A stretch of 64,000 nt of DNA, taken from contig JBAYJO010000003.1 of NCBI GenBank assembly GCA_041665085.1, forward strand, positions 2,131 to 66,130, given 5' to 3'. Positions within the stretch are counted from its first letter, which is position 1, and every line of letters begins with the position of its first letter. Below are positions 11,508 through 20,303 of this stretch, piece by piece. The stretch comes from Patescibacteria group bacterium. Lineage in GTDB: Bacteria; Patescibacteriota; UBA1384; JBAYJO01. The notes under the pieces are model-generated. The model searched no databases and had not been told where the DNA came from. It saw only the letters and a program-made list of their open reading frames with translations. Both the position numbers and the translations under genes were made by a program.

Positions 11508-12440
11508 ATGTATATGTCGAAAAGAAAAACATTTAATGTGGCTGTTTATTCAATTGGGTTATTATTTCTTTTGGGGGCGATTTCATTTTCCTCATATAAT
11601 TTATTCTACAAAGCAGATGAACTTCCTTCTGCAAATTTGGCTCTAACTACTTCAAGCGCGGGTGGACAGGTTTCCAATAATGCTAATTTTAATTTATATG
11701 TCAATTTTATCCCCAGTGGAAATACAATTTGTGCTATTAGTTTCACAATAAATTATCCAACTGATACTATTCAATTAGCAGGTGAACCGGTTCTTGGAGA
11801 AGTATACGATTTGGCAGTAGAGGCAGATACTAGCGTCCCCGGTATTATTAATTACGCCCTTGGAGTAAAAGGATGCAGCACTAGCAGCGCTCAACTTTTA
11901 ACGGTTCCGTTAAAAGCGATTTCGCTTGGAACAGCAAATATTACAATATCAAGCTCCGAAGCGGTTACTGATATTGATGGTCAAGTTGTGCCGTTTTCCA
12001 ACGTGCCGACGGTTATTAATATTATTCCTTTGGCTAAGCCGGTAGTAACAACATCCAAAACTTTTACTTACAAGTCTACTTTGTCATTAGCCGGTACTAA
12101 ATCAGCTGAATTAACCAAGATAGTGATCGGTGGAGTTACAACAGATGTTTCCGCTATTGCAACAACTTGGGCTGTATCTGTTAATTTAACGATTGGAAAT
12201 AATAATTTATCAGTTGTTGGAAAGGATAACTTAAATAATTTAAGCGACGCGGCAAGTTATAGTATTGTCAGAAGAAAAATGGCTGATGCGGATAATGATG
12301 GTTTTGTTAATATTAATGATTTTGGATCATTGATGTTAAATTGGAAAAAAACAGGAGCTGACAATGTTGCTGATTTCAACGAAGATTTAACAGTTGATAT
12401 TAAAGATTTTGGTAATTTGATGCTAAATTGGAATAAATAG
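11508..12440 (+). CDS. Cohesin + Ig-like + dockerin protein (adaptor-like)
   Basis: N-terminal hydrophobic helix; cohesin-like region (FNLYVNF, INYPTDTIQL, VPLKAISLGTANITIS); canonical Ca-loop repeats DADNDGFVNINDF / DFNEDLTVDIKDF. Confidence 0.75.
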   Translation: MYMSKRKTFNVAVYSIGLLFLLGAISFSSYNLFYKADELPSANLALTTSSAGGQVSNNANFNLYVNFIPSGNTICAISFTINYPTDTIQLAGEPVLGEVYDLAVEADTSVPGIINYALGVKGCSTSSAQLLTVPLKAISLGTANITISSSEAVTDIDGQVVPFSNVPTVINIIPLAKPVVTTSKTFTYKSTLSLAGTKSAELTKIVIGGVTTDVSAIATTWAVSVNLTIGNNNLSVVGKDNLNNLSDAASYSIVRRKMADADNDGFVNINDFGSLMLNWKKTGADNVADFNEDLTVDIKDFGNLMLNWNK

Positions 12441-12442
12441 TT

Positions 12443-13366
12443 TTATTTAGACCATCTATCTTCGATTCTAGCGATAAAATATGGTAGATCGTTATCAATA
12501 TGCATTCGGCCTAAAATAAATAAATCATTTTTATTATGATCAATTTCTTTATTGACCGAGGACGCGGATTGATATCCAAATTCAGAAACTTTTGCGATCG
12601 CTCGCGCTCCCATGCTGCCGCCGGGATAAGCATAATTTTTAATTTTGATTTCTAGCTTTTCTTCTAGGATTTTTTTAGATTCAGAAAGTTCGTAATTAAT
12701 TTCGTCATCTGTGGCTGCATTCATGTCGCGGTGAGTCATGTTGTGCGATCCGATTATCATGCCGTATTTTGCCATTTCTAGGGCATTGTTCCAGCTCATA
12801 TAATCGCTGCCTGTACCGACTGATCCTTTGTCTAACCACGAGGGAACCATAAAAAATGTTGCATTGTAATGATATTGTTTTAAAATAGGAAAAGCGTTTT
12901 GATATTGCCCGATTGTCCCATCGTCAAAAGTAATAACAATTGATTTGTCCGTTGGTTTATTTTTCCCTGTTGTTAAATAATTTACTAAAGCGTCAAGACT
13001 AATTACGCGATAATTATTTAAAGCTAGCCATCGCATTTGAAGTTCGAATTTTTCAGGGGAGACATAGTAGGATGTCTCTTCGCCTTCTTTTGGGGTGCCG
13101 ATTTTATGATAAAGAAGAATCGGGACTCTAATGGACCCTTTTTCTATTGGTTTGACTGGTAGTGTGCTCAAATATTCTTGGTCTTTTTTTTCCTCATCTG
13201 TAAATTCAATTGTTTTTTCTGTAATATCTGGTGCTTGCCAAGAAGTATCTTCATTATTTATTATATTTTGATCTGATTTTATTCGAGCATTTCTGATAAA
13301 TCCAAAAAAACAAATTCCGATGAATATTATTATAATAATTAAAAAAACGCTTTTTGTTGCTTTCAT
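12443..13366 (-). CDS. Polysaccharide deacetylase (CE4/NodB family), membrane-anchored
   Basis: PILLYH, ITFDDG, GSHNMTH and YAYPGG motifs; N-terminal TM helix. Confidence 0.92.
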   Translation of the reverse strand: MKATKSVFLIIIIIFIGICFFGFIRNARIKSDQNIINNEDTSWQAPDITEKTIEFTDEEKKDQEYLSTLPVKPIEKGSIRVPILLYHKIGTPKEGEETSYYVSPEKFELQMRWLALNNYRVISLDALVNYLTTGKNKPTDKSIVITFDDGTIGQYQNAFPILKQYHYNATFFMVPSWLDKGSVGTGSDYMSWNNALEMAKYGMIIGSHNMTHRDMNAATDDEINYELSESKKILEEKLEIKIKNYAYPGGSMGARAIAKVSEFGYQSASSVNKEIDHNKNDLFILGRMHIDNDLPYFIARIEDRWSK

Positions 13367-13491
13367 TTATTATATTATAACTTATTTGGAACTTAAGCTA
13401 AATGGTCCTAATGGATAAAATCATAATGATATTTTAGAATTAATGAAATATTATAGGGTTGTAATAAAAGAAATTGAAAGGGGGTGATAAT

Positions 13492-13842
13492 ATGTTTTGG
13501 TTATATGCATTAATAGCAGGTTTAATTGTTGGGTGGATTGTGAGTGCGGCAACAAAAGAAACAAGAGGTCAGAGTATTTTTGGATATATACTTATGGGAG
13601 CTGTAGGGGGGTTGGTTGGAAACTGGTTTTTTGCAGATTTACTTAAAATTGGAGTTCATTCAAGTGTTGCATTAAGAGATGTTTTGGCAATAGCTTGGGG
13701 AGGAATTGGATCGTTGGTTTTTGTTGCGGTAATCAGCGCAATCTGGCCGGAAAAGTATGTGTCTGATCGTGAAGAAAAATTTGGACGAGGTTATGCTCAT
13801 GAATATAGAGATCATGAAAAAGATAAAGATAAGGATGAATAA
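13492..13842 (+). CDS. GlsB/YeaQ/YmgE (transglycosylase-associated) membrane protein
   Basis: Three Gly-rich TM helices (LIAGLIVGWI, MGAVGGLVG); RBS AAGGGGG upstream. Confidence 0.75.
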   Translation: MFWLYALIAGLIVGWIVSAATKETRGQSIFGYILMGAVGGLVGNWFFADLLKIGVHSSVALRDVLAIAWGGIGSLVFVAVISAIWPEKYVSDREEKFGRGYAHEYRDHEKDKDKDE

Positions 13843-13850
13843 TATGGCAA

Positions 13851-13878
13851 GTCCGTCTACCGGGGATGATAGACGGAC
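13851..13878. terminator. Hairpin between convergent genes
   Basis: GTCCGTCTA-10 nt-TAGACGGAC, a perfect 9-bp stem. Confidence 0.55.
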
Positions 13879-15129
13879 CTAGAATTTGAGGGTTGGGTGG
13901 GTGATTGTGATAATCTCCGGTTTAGGAGAGCTTTTCCTGTTCTTAGGAGGTCGTATCTTGTCGTTCGGAGAAGTTCCAATTGCATCCCGATCCAGTATCT
14001 GATGCTGTCTGATCTTAGTATCCTGTATTGAGACTAAGCGTGCTCCTTTCTTGGAAACTGTGATATTTCGGAAGTTGTTGGTTGCGTATTCTCTGTAGGA
14101 CATGCCATTATACATGGATCCAAGATCAAGTGTGGGATGAGGTACTGCTAGATCATAACACATTGAACCTCGAGAATGGTTCTCTTTGTTGGGCGGAACA
14201 TGGCATTGACAAAGTTCATAGCTTGGGCAAACCAAAGCGCAGTGCCTTTCGGCTGCTAAAGCGCTTGTTTTGGGTCGCCATTGACAGAGTCCGTTTCCAA
14301 TATGCCATGCACCTTGGTTGGAGTCGTAGCAGGACAATCCTGCATTATGGCAAGCAAGCGATAGATCTTCCGATAAGTCTTCGCTTATACCGTCTCTTTT
14401 GTCATAAGTGAAGCTTTTGATCATACCAAATTGGTAGACCAACCTCATGATCCAGATATCCACACAATAGAACGGTATTTGACGGAAGAATTCCCACTCC
14501 CTATCGTTGCCTTTCCATTGGATATCTTGAAGCCAGAGCAAGATTAGTTGAGCGATCTTGTGCTTCATCCCAACAGGTTTATCACGATGCTTGCCAGCGA
14601 GCGTCATTACCTTGATCAATCGGTCTCTGTTTTCCATCGGACTCTGATCAAGATTGAGATTCCGAAGAATCAAAATCCTAGGATCACCATCGTATTTCTC
14701 AAGGAGCTTAAGAGTGTTTCGCCACCAGTTGATTCTCTTTGGATCAGTGTGAGCAAAGGGAATGATTGGGGTTAGAATTCTCCGCAGCTCGTCTTGATAA
14801 CTCTCTGCCAGTCCAGTTGCAGGATTGAGTACTTCAGGGTGATCCAGACATACTGTGCTGCATTGGCTGATAGCTTTTTCAGCTGTTTTGCCAGATCTGT
14901 TGTTCCAGCCGACAAAGAAGAGATACATGGCATGCATTAGGCTGCCATATTCTATTTCTTTGGGTTGATGGCGAATTTCCGGGGGGTGCATATTGGCAAA
15001 ACCATAAGTACGGTTTTCCCATGCATCTGCCCAGCTTTTGCATACAACTGCTGCAGTATCGCAGTCAAACTCGTACTTTTTGATTCTGGCCACTTGTGGC
15101 ACCCTCCTTTCAGATTGATCAGAATTCAA
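13879..15129 (-). CDS. Divergent HhH-GPD / endonuclease III-like protein
   Basis: KYDGDPR, HhH-like PVGMKHKIA, VDIW resembling the VDxH motif, and a C-terminal Cys cluster (C..RP....C-x3-CP-x4-C). Start codon uncertain. Confidence 0.55.
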   Translation of the reverse strand: MNSDQSERRVPQVARIKKYEFDCDTAAVVCKSWADAWENRTYGFANMHPPEIRHQPKEIEYGSLMHAMYLFFVGWNNRSGKTAEKAISQCSTVCLDHPEVLNPATGLAESYQDELRRILTPIIPFAHTDPKRINWWRNTLKLLEKYDGDPRILILRNLNLDQSPMENRDRLIKVMTLAGKHRDKPVGMKHKIAQLILLWLQDIQWKGNDREWEFFRQIPFYCVDIWIMRLVYQFGMIKSFTYDKRDGISEDLSEDLSLACHNAGLSCYDSNQGAWHIGNGLCQWRPKTSALAAERHCALVCPSYELCQCHVPPNKENHSRGSMCYDLAVPHPTLDLGSMYNGMSYREYATNNFRNITVSKKGARLVSIQDTKIRQHQILDRDAIGTSPNDKIRPPKNRKSSPKPEIITITHPTLKF

Positions 15130-15213
15130 AAGAGAGCGTTCCTTGCTCCCTCATTTTCAATATAGATTATTTGTAAAAATAAGGCAAATGCAAAGGGGCA
15201 GCTATATTTCAAG

Positions 15214-16518
15214 CTACCCCGAGTTAGTCTGGCCTGTGCCAGCCAATACTGCTGGTTGTGATTCTTCAGCAGTCAGTTCGTCGATAGCGTCAAGTAGACG
15301 CCGAGTTTGTCGAGTCAGTCGTTTGACTTTCTTAGGATCAAGACTGATCAGGTGTCGCGCGAGTTTGGCTAGATGTGGTAGACCAATTCCCTCGAGACTA
15401 TTGATTACCATTTGGACTTGGCCAAGACATGAGTCAAGATGATCTAGTACTTTACCAAGTCTCTTACGGTTTTCAGGGTCGGTCATAGGTGAATCAGCTG
15501 TTGATAATAGGTGTTGTTCGCAGAGCCACTTCATTCCTTCGAATGTTAGTATAATGCCCTGCAAGCCATCGCCTGTCAAGCTCTTGATAGCATTGCGAAA
15601 TGCCTTTTCAGTATCAGCTTGGACAGAATAATCCATTGCTGCAGCTAAGTCCATTTGGACTAGACTGGCGATTCTTTCAGTGATGCGTCTGCGGTACTTT
15701 GGAATCGACAATCGTGGCCCTTGGCTTATGACATAACGCAATTCAGTTTCTAGCGTTTTTTCGCCGAACTTATGATCTGCCAATCGAGCCATCTCTATGG
15801 CAAAACCATACTTCATCTTGCTGTTTTCAACAGCTTTGCGCAAACGATCCGGCAAGCCGCAGAACTTGATCATGCGACTGACTTTGTTAGGGGAGCAACC
15901 AAGTTCTTTGGCCAATTTGGCATACGAGAATTGCGCATCTCTCTTGCGGTACATCTTAAGCATTGATTCGACAAAGTATGCCTCCTCATGTGCCGGTACT
16001 GTACCGTGGATGTTTTCGGAGACTTGAATGCATCTGGCGTAGAAAGGATCAGGATTGACATAGATGTCGCACCACCTGATTGCGCTTTTTGGAAACTGTA
16101 TCTCAAAGCAGTGGCATTCAGATGATTCTTCTCCATCAACCTTGCAACGCGAGCATCCTTTTTCACGGAGTTCGATCATTGCTCGAATTCTACATTCTCC
16201 TGCGATCAAGACATAGTATTTGCCTTTTCGCGCGTAGGATTTGTAGTCATCAAACTCGAGGGTTGCTCCATGAAGGTCTGCCGAGAAAAGCAAATACTCG
16301 ATGAACTTTGCTTTGCTGGTAAAAACAGCCAGCTTAATGTTGGTCAAAAGTCCCATTCGGCCGATATTCTCAGCCAAGTCAGTGATCTTGAGGGGATCAA
16401 AGGTGTGCCTTTCCTGTGGTAAGATAATCACATCTTCGATCGGGATTTCTCGACTTCGCATGAGCGATTCGAACTGTAGTCTCTCAACAACATTGTTTTC
16501 TGGTCCAGACTTTGTCAT
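15214..16518 (-). CDS. ParB/Spo0J-like DNA-binding protein (divergent)
   Basis: QERHTFD..LAENI...GLL, LIAGECRIRA (ParB box), SEN motif and HTH YAKLAKELGCSPNKVSR; RBS AAGGGGG before MTKSG. Confidence 0.8.
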   Translation of the reverse strand: MTKSGPENNVVERLQFESLMRSREIPIEDVIILPQERHTFDPLKITDLAENIGRMGLLTNIKLAVFTSKAKFIEYLLFSADLHGATLEFDDYKSYARKGKYYVLIAGECRIRAMIELREKGCSRCKVDGEESSECHCFEIQFPKSAIRWCDIYVNPDPFYARCIQVSENIHGTVPAHEEAYFVESMLKMYRKRDAQFSYAKLAKELGCSPNKVSRMIKFCGLPDRLRKAVENSKMKYGFAIEMARLADHKFGEKTLETELRYVISQGPRLSIPKYRRRITERIASLVQMDLAAAMDYSVQADTEKAFRNAIKSLTGDGLQGIILTFEGMKWLCEQHLLSTADSPMTDPENRKRLGKVLDHLDSCLGQVQMVINSLEGIGLPHLAKLARHLISLDPKKVKRLTRQTRRLLDAIDELTAEESQPAVLAGTGQTNSG

Positions 16519-16626
16519 TTCATCACCCCCTTTTGTCCAGACTAATTTAATCATTAAAATAAATACGAGACTTGTCAAATGGTACATGTTAATAAATATG
16601 TGGAAAAGTATATATTAAAAAGGTTA

Positions 16627-16648
16627 AGGCAGGCGCAAGCGCCTGCCT
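16627..16648 (-). terminator. Putative terminator downstream of purA
   Basis: AGGCAGGCGC-AA-GCGCCTGCCT inverted repeat, followed by a T-run on the minus strand. Confidence 0.6.
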
Positions 16649-16680
16649 AATAAGTCAATATTCAGTTTTGGGTCAATCCG

Positions 16681-17952
16681 CTATTTGCGGAGGATGATCT
16701 TGTCTCGATGAGCACCGTTGGTCACGATGACGATCGGAACTCCGAGAAGCTGCTCGATGTGATCGATGTAGCTGCGTGCTGCTTCGGGAAGTTCATCCAT
16801 GCTTGTTGCTCCTGTGATGTCTTCCTTCCAGCCGGGTAATGTCTCGTATTCTGGTTCGACTTTGCCTAGCAGATCCGTGGTCGGGTAGCTGGCAAGGATC
16901 GAATCCCGGTACTTGTAAGCGATGCAGATCTTGATCTCATCAAGCTGACTCAAGATATCAAGCTTGGTCATGATGAGACTGGTGAATCCGCCAACCATCA
17001 TAGCGTACTTGAGCGCTACGATATCGAGCCATCCGCATCTTCGTTTCCTGCCGGTAGTAGCGCCGTACTCGTTGCCAGATGTTCGGAGTTGTTCGCCGAT
17101 CTGGTCTCGCAATTCGGTGGGAAAAGGACCAGCACCAACAGCAGTGGTGTATGCTTTCATAACTCCGTAGATCTCGATGATTTCGAGCGGTGAAATTCCG
17201 GCTCCTGCAATAATACCAGCAGGGCTAGGGCAGGAGCTGGTAACGAATGGATAGGCACCTTCATTGAGATCCCGCATAAGGCCAAGTTGTCCTTCGAGCA
17301 AGATCTGCTTGCTGCCAGATACTGCAGTGTGGATCAGCTCAATTGGATTCATGACATGTGGAGCAATGAATCGACATGCTCCTTCAATCTCATCCATGAT
17401 CTGACTCAAGCTAAGCCCACTGTGACCATAGAGCGAGAGTCGATCATTGATCCATTCAAGTTCTTGGCTTATGTGGTTGCTAAATTGCCCAAGGTCAAGG
17501 ACCTCCTCGACTCGGAATCCGCTCCTGTTTGCCTTGTCGGCATAGCACCACGCAATGCCTTGATGGGTCGATCCAATCTCTTTGCCATTGCCCATGCGCC
17601 GCTTTTCATCTAGCATGTCGAAAAGGACGTGATAGGGCATGACGAGATGGGCAAGTGGGGAAATGATGAGCTTGCTGGTGTTGATTCCTACTTTCTGCAA
17701 CTCTCTGATTTCAGTTTCAACACCAACCGGATTGACGACGCAACCATTTCCGATGATGCAGGTGGTCTCGGGGTTGAATATCCCAGATGGGATAGCATGC
17801 AATTTGAAGACTCGGCCGTCGCGTTCAACAGTGTGGCCGGCATTGGCTCCACCTTGACCACGAATAACCATATCAGCTTCAGTGGCAAGATAATCAACCA
17901 CTTTGCCTTTGCCTTCATCTCCCCATTGTGTTCCGGCTACGATATCGACCAT
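16681..17952 (-). CDS. purA: Adenylosuccinate synthetase
   Basis: QWGDEGKGK, GGANAGHT, YPFVTSS, EYGATTGRKRRCGWLD and TKLD motifs. Start set at MVDIVAG. Confidence 0.97.
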   Translation of the reverse strand: MVDIVAGTQWGDEGKGKVVDYLATEADMVIRGQGGANAGHTVERDGRVFKLHAIPSGIFNPETTCIIGNGCVVNPVGVETEIRELQKVGINTSKLIISPLAHLVMPYHVLFDMLDEKRRMGNGKEIGSTHQGIAWCYADKANRSGFRVEEVLDLGQFSNHISQELEWINDRLSLYGHSGLSLSQIMDEIEGACRFIAPHVMNPIELIHTAVSGSKQILLEGQLGLMRDLNEGAYPFVTSSCPSPAGIIAGAGISPLEIIEIYGVMKAYTTAVGAGPFPTELRDQIGEQLRTSGNEYGATTGRKRRCGWLDIVALKYAMMVGGFTSLIMTKLDILSQLDEIKICIAYKYRDSILASYPTTDLLGKVEPEYETLPGWKEDITGATSMDELPEAARSYIDHIEQLLGVPIVIVTNGAHRDKIILRK

Positions 17953-18087
17953 AGTAGAATTATCCTCTCTTGTGAAGTAGTGTAAGGCAATCGGTTGCTT
18001 ATCTTCACAACCATAAGAATAGTACAATTTAATAAATAAAAAATCAATCTATTTTAAAAAATATTTTAGAACTGTGTCAATTATTGT

Positions 18088-18795
18088 TTAGTCGTTTAGG
18101 CCGTCTTTTAGTTTTATTCGGTTTTTGCAGGCATCAGCAACTTCGGTATTGTGAGTAACAATTAAAAATGTTTGGTTGTTTTCTTTGTTTAATTTTTTAA
18201 GCATCTCAATAATTTCAAGTGAAGTTTTGCTATCAAGCTCGCCTGTTGGTTCGTCTGCTAAAATGACAGCAGGATTATTCATCAATGCACGAGCAATGGC
18301 AACTCGTTGTTGTTGTCCGCCGGATAGTTCATTTGGCTTGTGGTTAATTCTATCTGTAAGTCCAACCAATGTAAGCAGTTCTTTTGCTCGCTCTTTTCTG
18401 ACTTTTGCCTTCATGCCGCCATATTTTCCAGCTAGCATCACATTTTCAATAGCTGTCAAAGAGGGAATTAGATTAAATCCTTGAAAAATAAAACCAATTT
18501 TTTTTGCTCTGATTTTGTGAGCTTTTTTTTCATTGATTTTACTCATATCATCACCATCAATGATCAAAGTGCCTTCATTTGGTTTATCAAGGAGCCCAAG
18601 GATGTGCATCAATGTTGATTTTCCACAGCCTGATGGCCCGACAATAGCAGAAAAATCTCCTTCATTTACTTCAAGATCAATTCCTTTTAATGCCTCGACA
18701 ATATTTGTTTTAGACATTTTATATGTCTTTTTTAAACCAGTTGCTTTAATAATTGTTTTATTTCCACCCAAGGCGGACTTTATTTCATTTTGCAT
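18088..18795 (-). CDS. ABC transporter ATP-binding protein (MacB/LolD type)
   Basis: GPSGCGKST, LSGGQQQRVAIARAL, ADEPTGELD. Confidence 0.95.
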   Translation of the reverse strand: MQNEIKSALGGNKTIIKATGLKKTYKMSKTNIVEALKGIDLEVNEGDFSAIVGPSGCGKSTLMHILGLLDKPNEGTLIIDGDDMSKINEKKAHKIRAKKIGFIFQGFNLIPSLTAIENVMLAGKYGGMKAKVRKERAKELLTLVGLTDRINHKPNELSGGQQQRVAIARALMNNPAVILADEPTGELDSKTSLEIIEMLKKLNKENNQTFLIVTHNTEVADACKNRIKLKDGLND

Positions 18796-18810
18796 ATTTA
18801 TCCTTTATGT

Positions 18811-18879
18811 TGTCATCCTGAACTTGATTCAGGATCTAATTATTATTTATATAGATTCCGGATCAAGTCCGGAATGACA
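18811..18879. repeat. Inverted pair of TGTCAT-type REP-like palindromes
   Basis: TGTCATCCTGAACTTGATTCAGGATCT ... AGATTCCGGATCAAGTCCGGAATGACA: two hairpins in opposite orientation. Confidence 0.8.
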
Positions 18880-18885
18880 TTTGAA

Positions 18886-20172
18886 CTATAATTCTCTAAT
18901 TGCGTCAACAACTTTCATTTTTGAAGCTCGTATAGCAGGAATAATTCCGGCGATTATTCCTATTACAAATGAAAATACTACGACTCCAGCAAGGAAATTT
19001 GGTGAAAGTAAAAATATTTCCGCACCTTTGCTTGCCATTTTTGAATTGATTATTATAATTGCTAGAGCTCCTAGCCCCATGCCAAGCAATCCTCCAAAAA
19101 AGCTGATAACTCCTGCTTCAAGAGTGTATTCTAGAGCAATTGATCTACCTGAAGCGCCAAGAGCTTTTTTGATTCCGATTTCTTTTGTTCTTTCTGAAAT
19201 TGACATAACCATCGTGTTTGTTATTGAAAATATTCCTACGATCAAGGCTAGCATGGCCGCGCCATAAATAATTGCATTCATTGTGGCTGATGCTTTATCA
19301 ATTTGTTCTCCCATTTTTTTTGGAGATAAGACCACAACTTGGTCTTTAAATTGGTTTTTTATTTTTGCTACTATTACTTCCGGGTCGGCGCCATTTTTCC
19401 ATGAAACTGCTCCCATTGTTGAAACATCCTCAACATTAAATGTTTTTGCTTGGATTATTTGATTTCTGGTTTCGGGTGAAAGTTTTGCTAATTCAACATC
19501 TGAAATATTTGATGCTTCAGCAGCACGGTCTTTTAACGATTTTAAAAATGGATTTGAATCAATATACATTTCTCGTGCAACCGGTAATTTCATAAAGACA
19601 TAACTATCCGGACCAGTCATGGTTTTATCGAGTATGCCAACAACATTAAATTCTTTTTCTCGAATTTTAACTTTATCATTCACTTTCCAATTTTTGTCTA
19701 ATGCAACTGTTGAGCCGATCGAAATGTCATTATCTGCGCTATCTTTATTTATTAGTTTTCCTTCTTTCATATCCAGCGTTTCCCAGTTTTTGTTTTTAAA
19801 ATTAGAACTGGTGTCAAGCGAGTTGATTGTTGGAGGTGTGCTCATGCTAATTGAAACTGGTTCATCCGGATTTGGTTCATTAACGGCTAAACTGACCGAT
19901 CCTTCAACAGCTTCAATTCCATCAATTTTAGCGATATTATTTAATGTATCAACAGGCAACATTCCGCTCATTTGGCCGGTAGCAAAGTCGGTTCCTTTTG
20001 GCATAATCGTAATCTGACCGGTAATGTATTTTTTGCCGCCATCAATCATTTTATTTAATTTAAGCGCCATTGACCCCATTACTGTAAATGCAAAAATTCC
20101 AACAACAATTCCGACTATTGTTAAAAATGTGCGAAACTTTCGTCGCCACATATTTCGCAAAATTTCTATCAT
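18886..20172 (-). CDS. ABC transporter permease (MacB/FtsX family)
   Basis: RTFLTIVGIVVG, a periplasmic core, SERTKEIGIKKALGAS and PAIRASK. Confidence 0.93.
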   Translation of the reverse strand: MIEILRNMWRRKFRTFLTIVGIVVGIFAFTVMGSMALKLNKMIDGGKKYITGQITIMPKGTDFATGQMSGMLPVDTLNNIAKIDGIEAVEGSVSLAVNEPNPDEPVSISMSTPPTINSLDTSSNFKNKNWETLDMKEGKLINKDSADNDISIGSTVALDKNWKVNDKVKIREKEFNVVGILDKTMTGPDSYVFMKLPVAREMYIDSNPFLKSLKDRAAEASNISDVELAKLSPETRNQIIQAKTFNVEDVSTMGAVSWKNGADPEVIVAKIKNQFKDQVVVLSPKKMGEQIDKASATMNAIIYGAAMLALIVGIFSITNTMVMSISERTKEIGIKKALGASGRSIALEYTLEAGVISFFGGLLGMGLGALAIIIINSKMASKGAEIFLLSPNFLAGVVVFSFVIGIIAGIIPAIRASKMKVVDAIREL

Positions 20173-20303
20173 CTTACTCCTTATATTTATTTTTATCTTT
20201 ATTGATTATAACAAAAAAATAGATATCAAACAATATTTTTATTAAATAATGATATAATATAAATATATTTATTTTATTTGCCGTTTGGCAAAATGGAGGA
20301 AAA

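Noticed and set aside
16681-17952. PurZ (2-aminoadenine, Z-genome) instead of PurA
   Set aside because: The catalytic Asp in GDEGKGK is retained (PurZ has Ser there), and no dATPase or MazZ partners are nearby.
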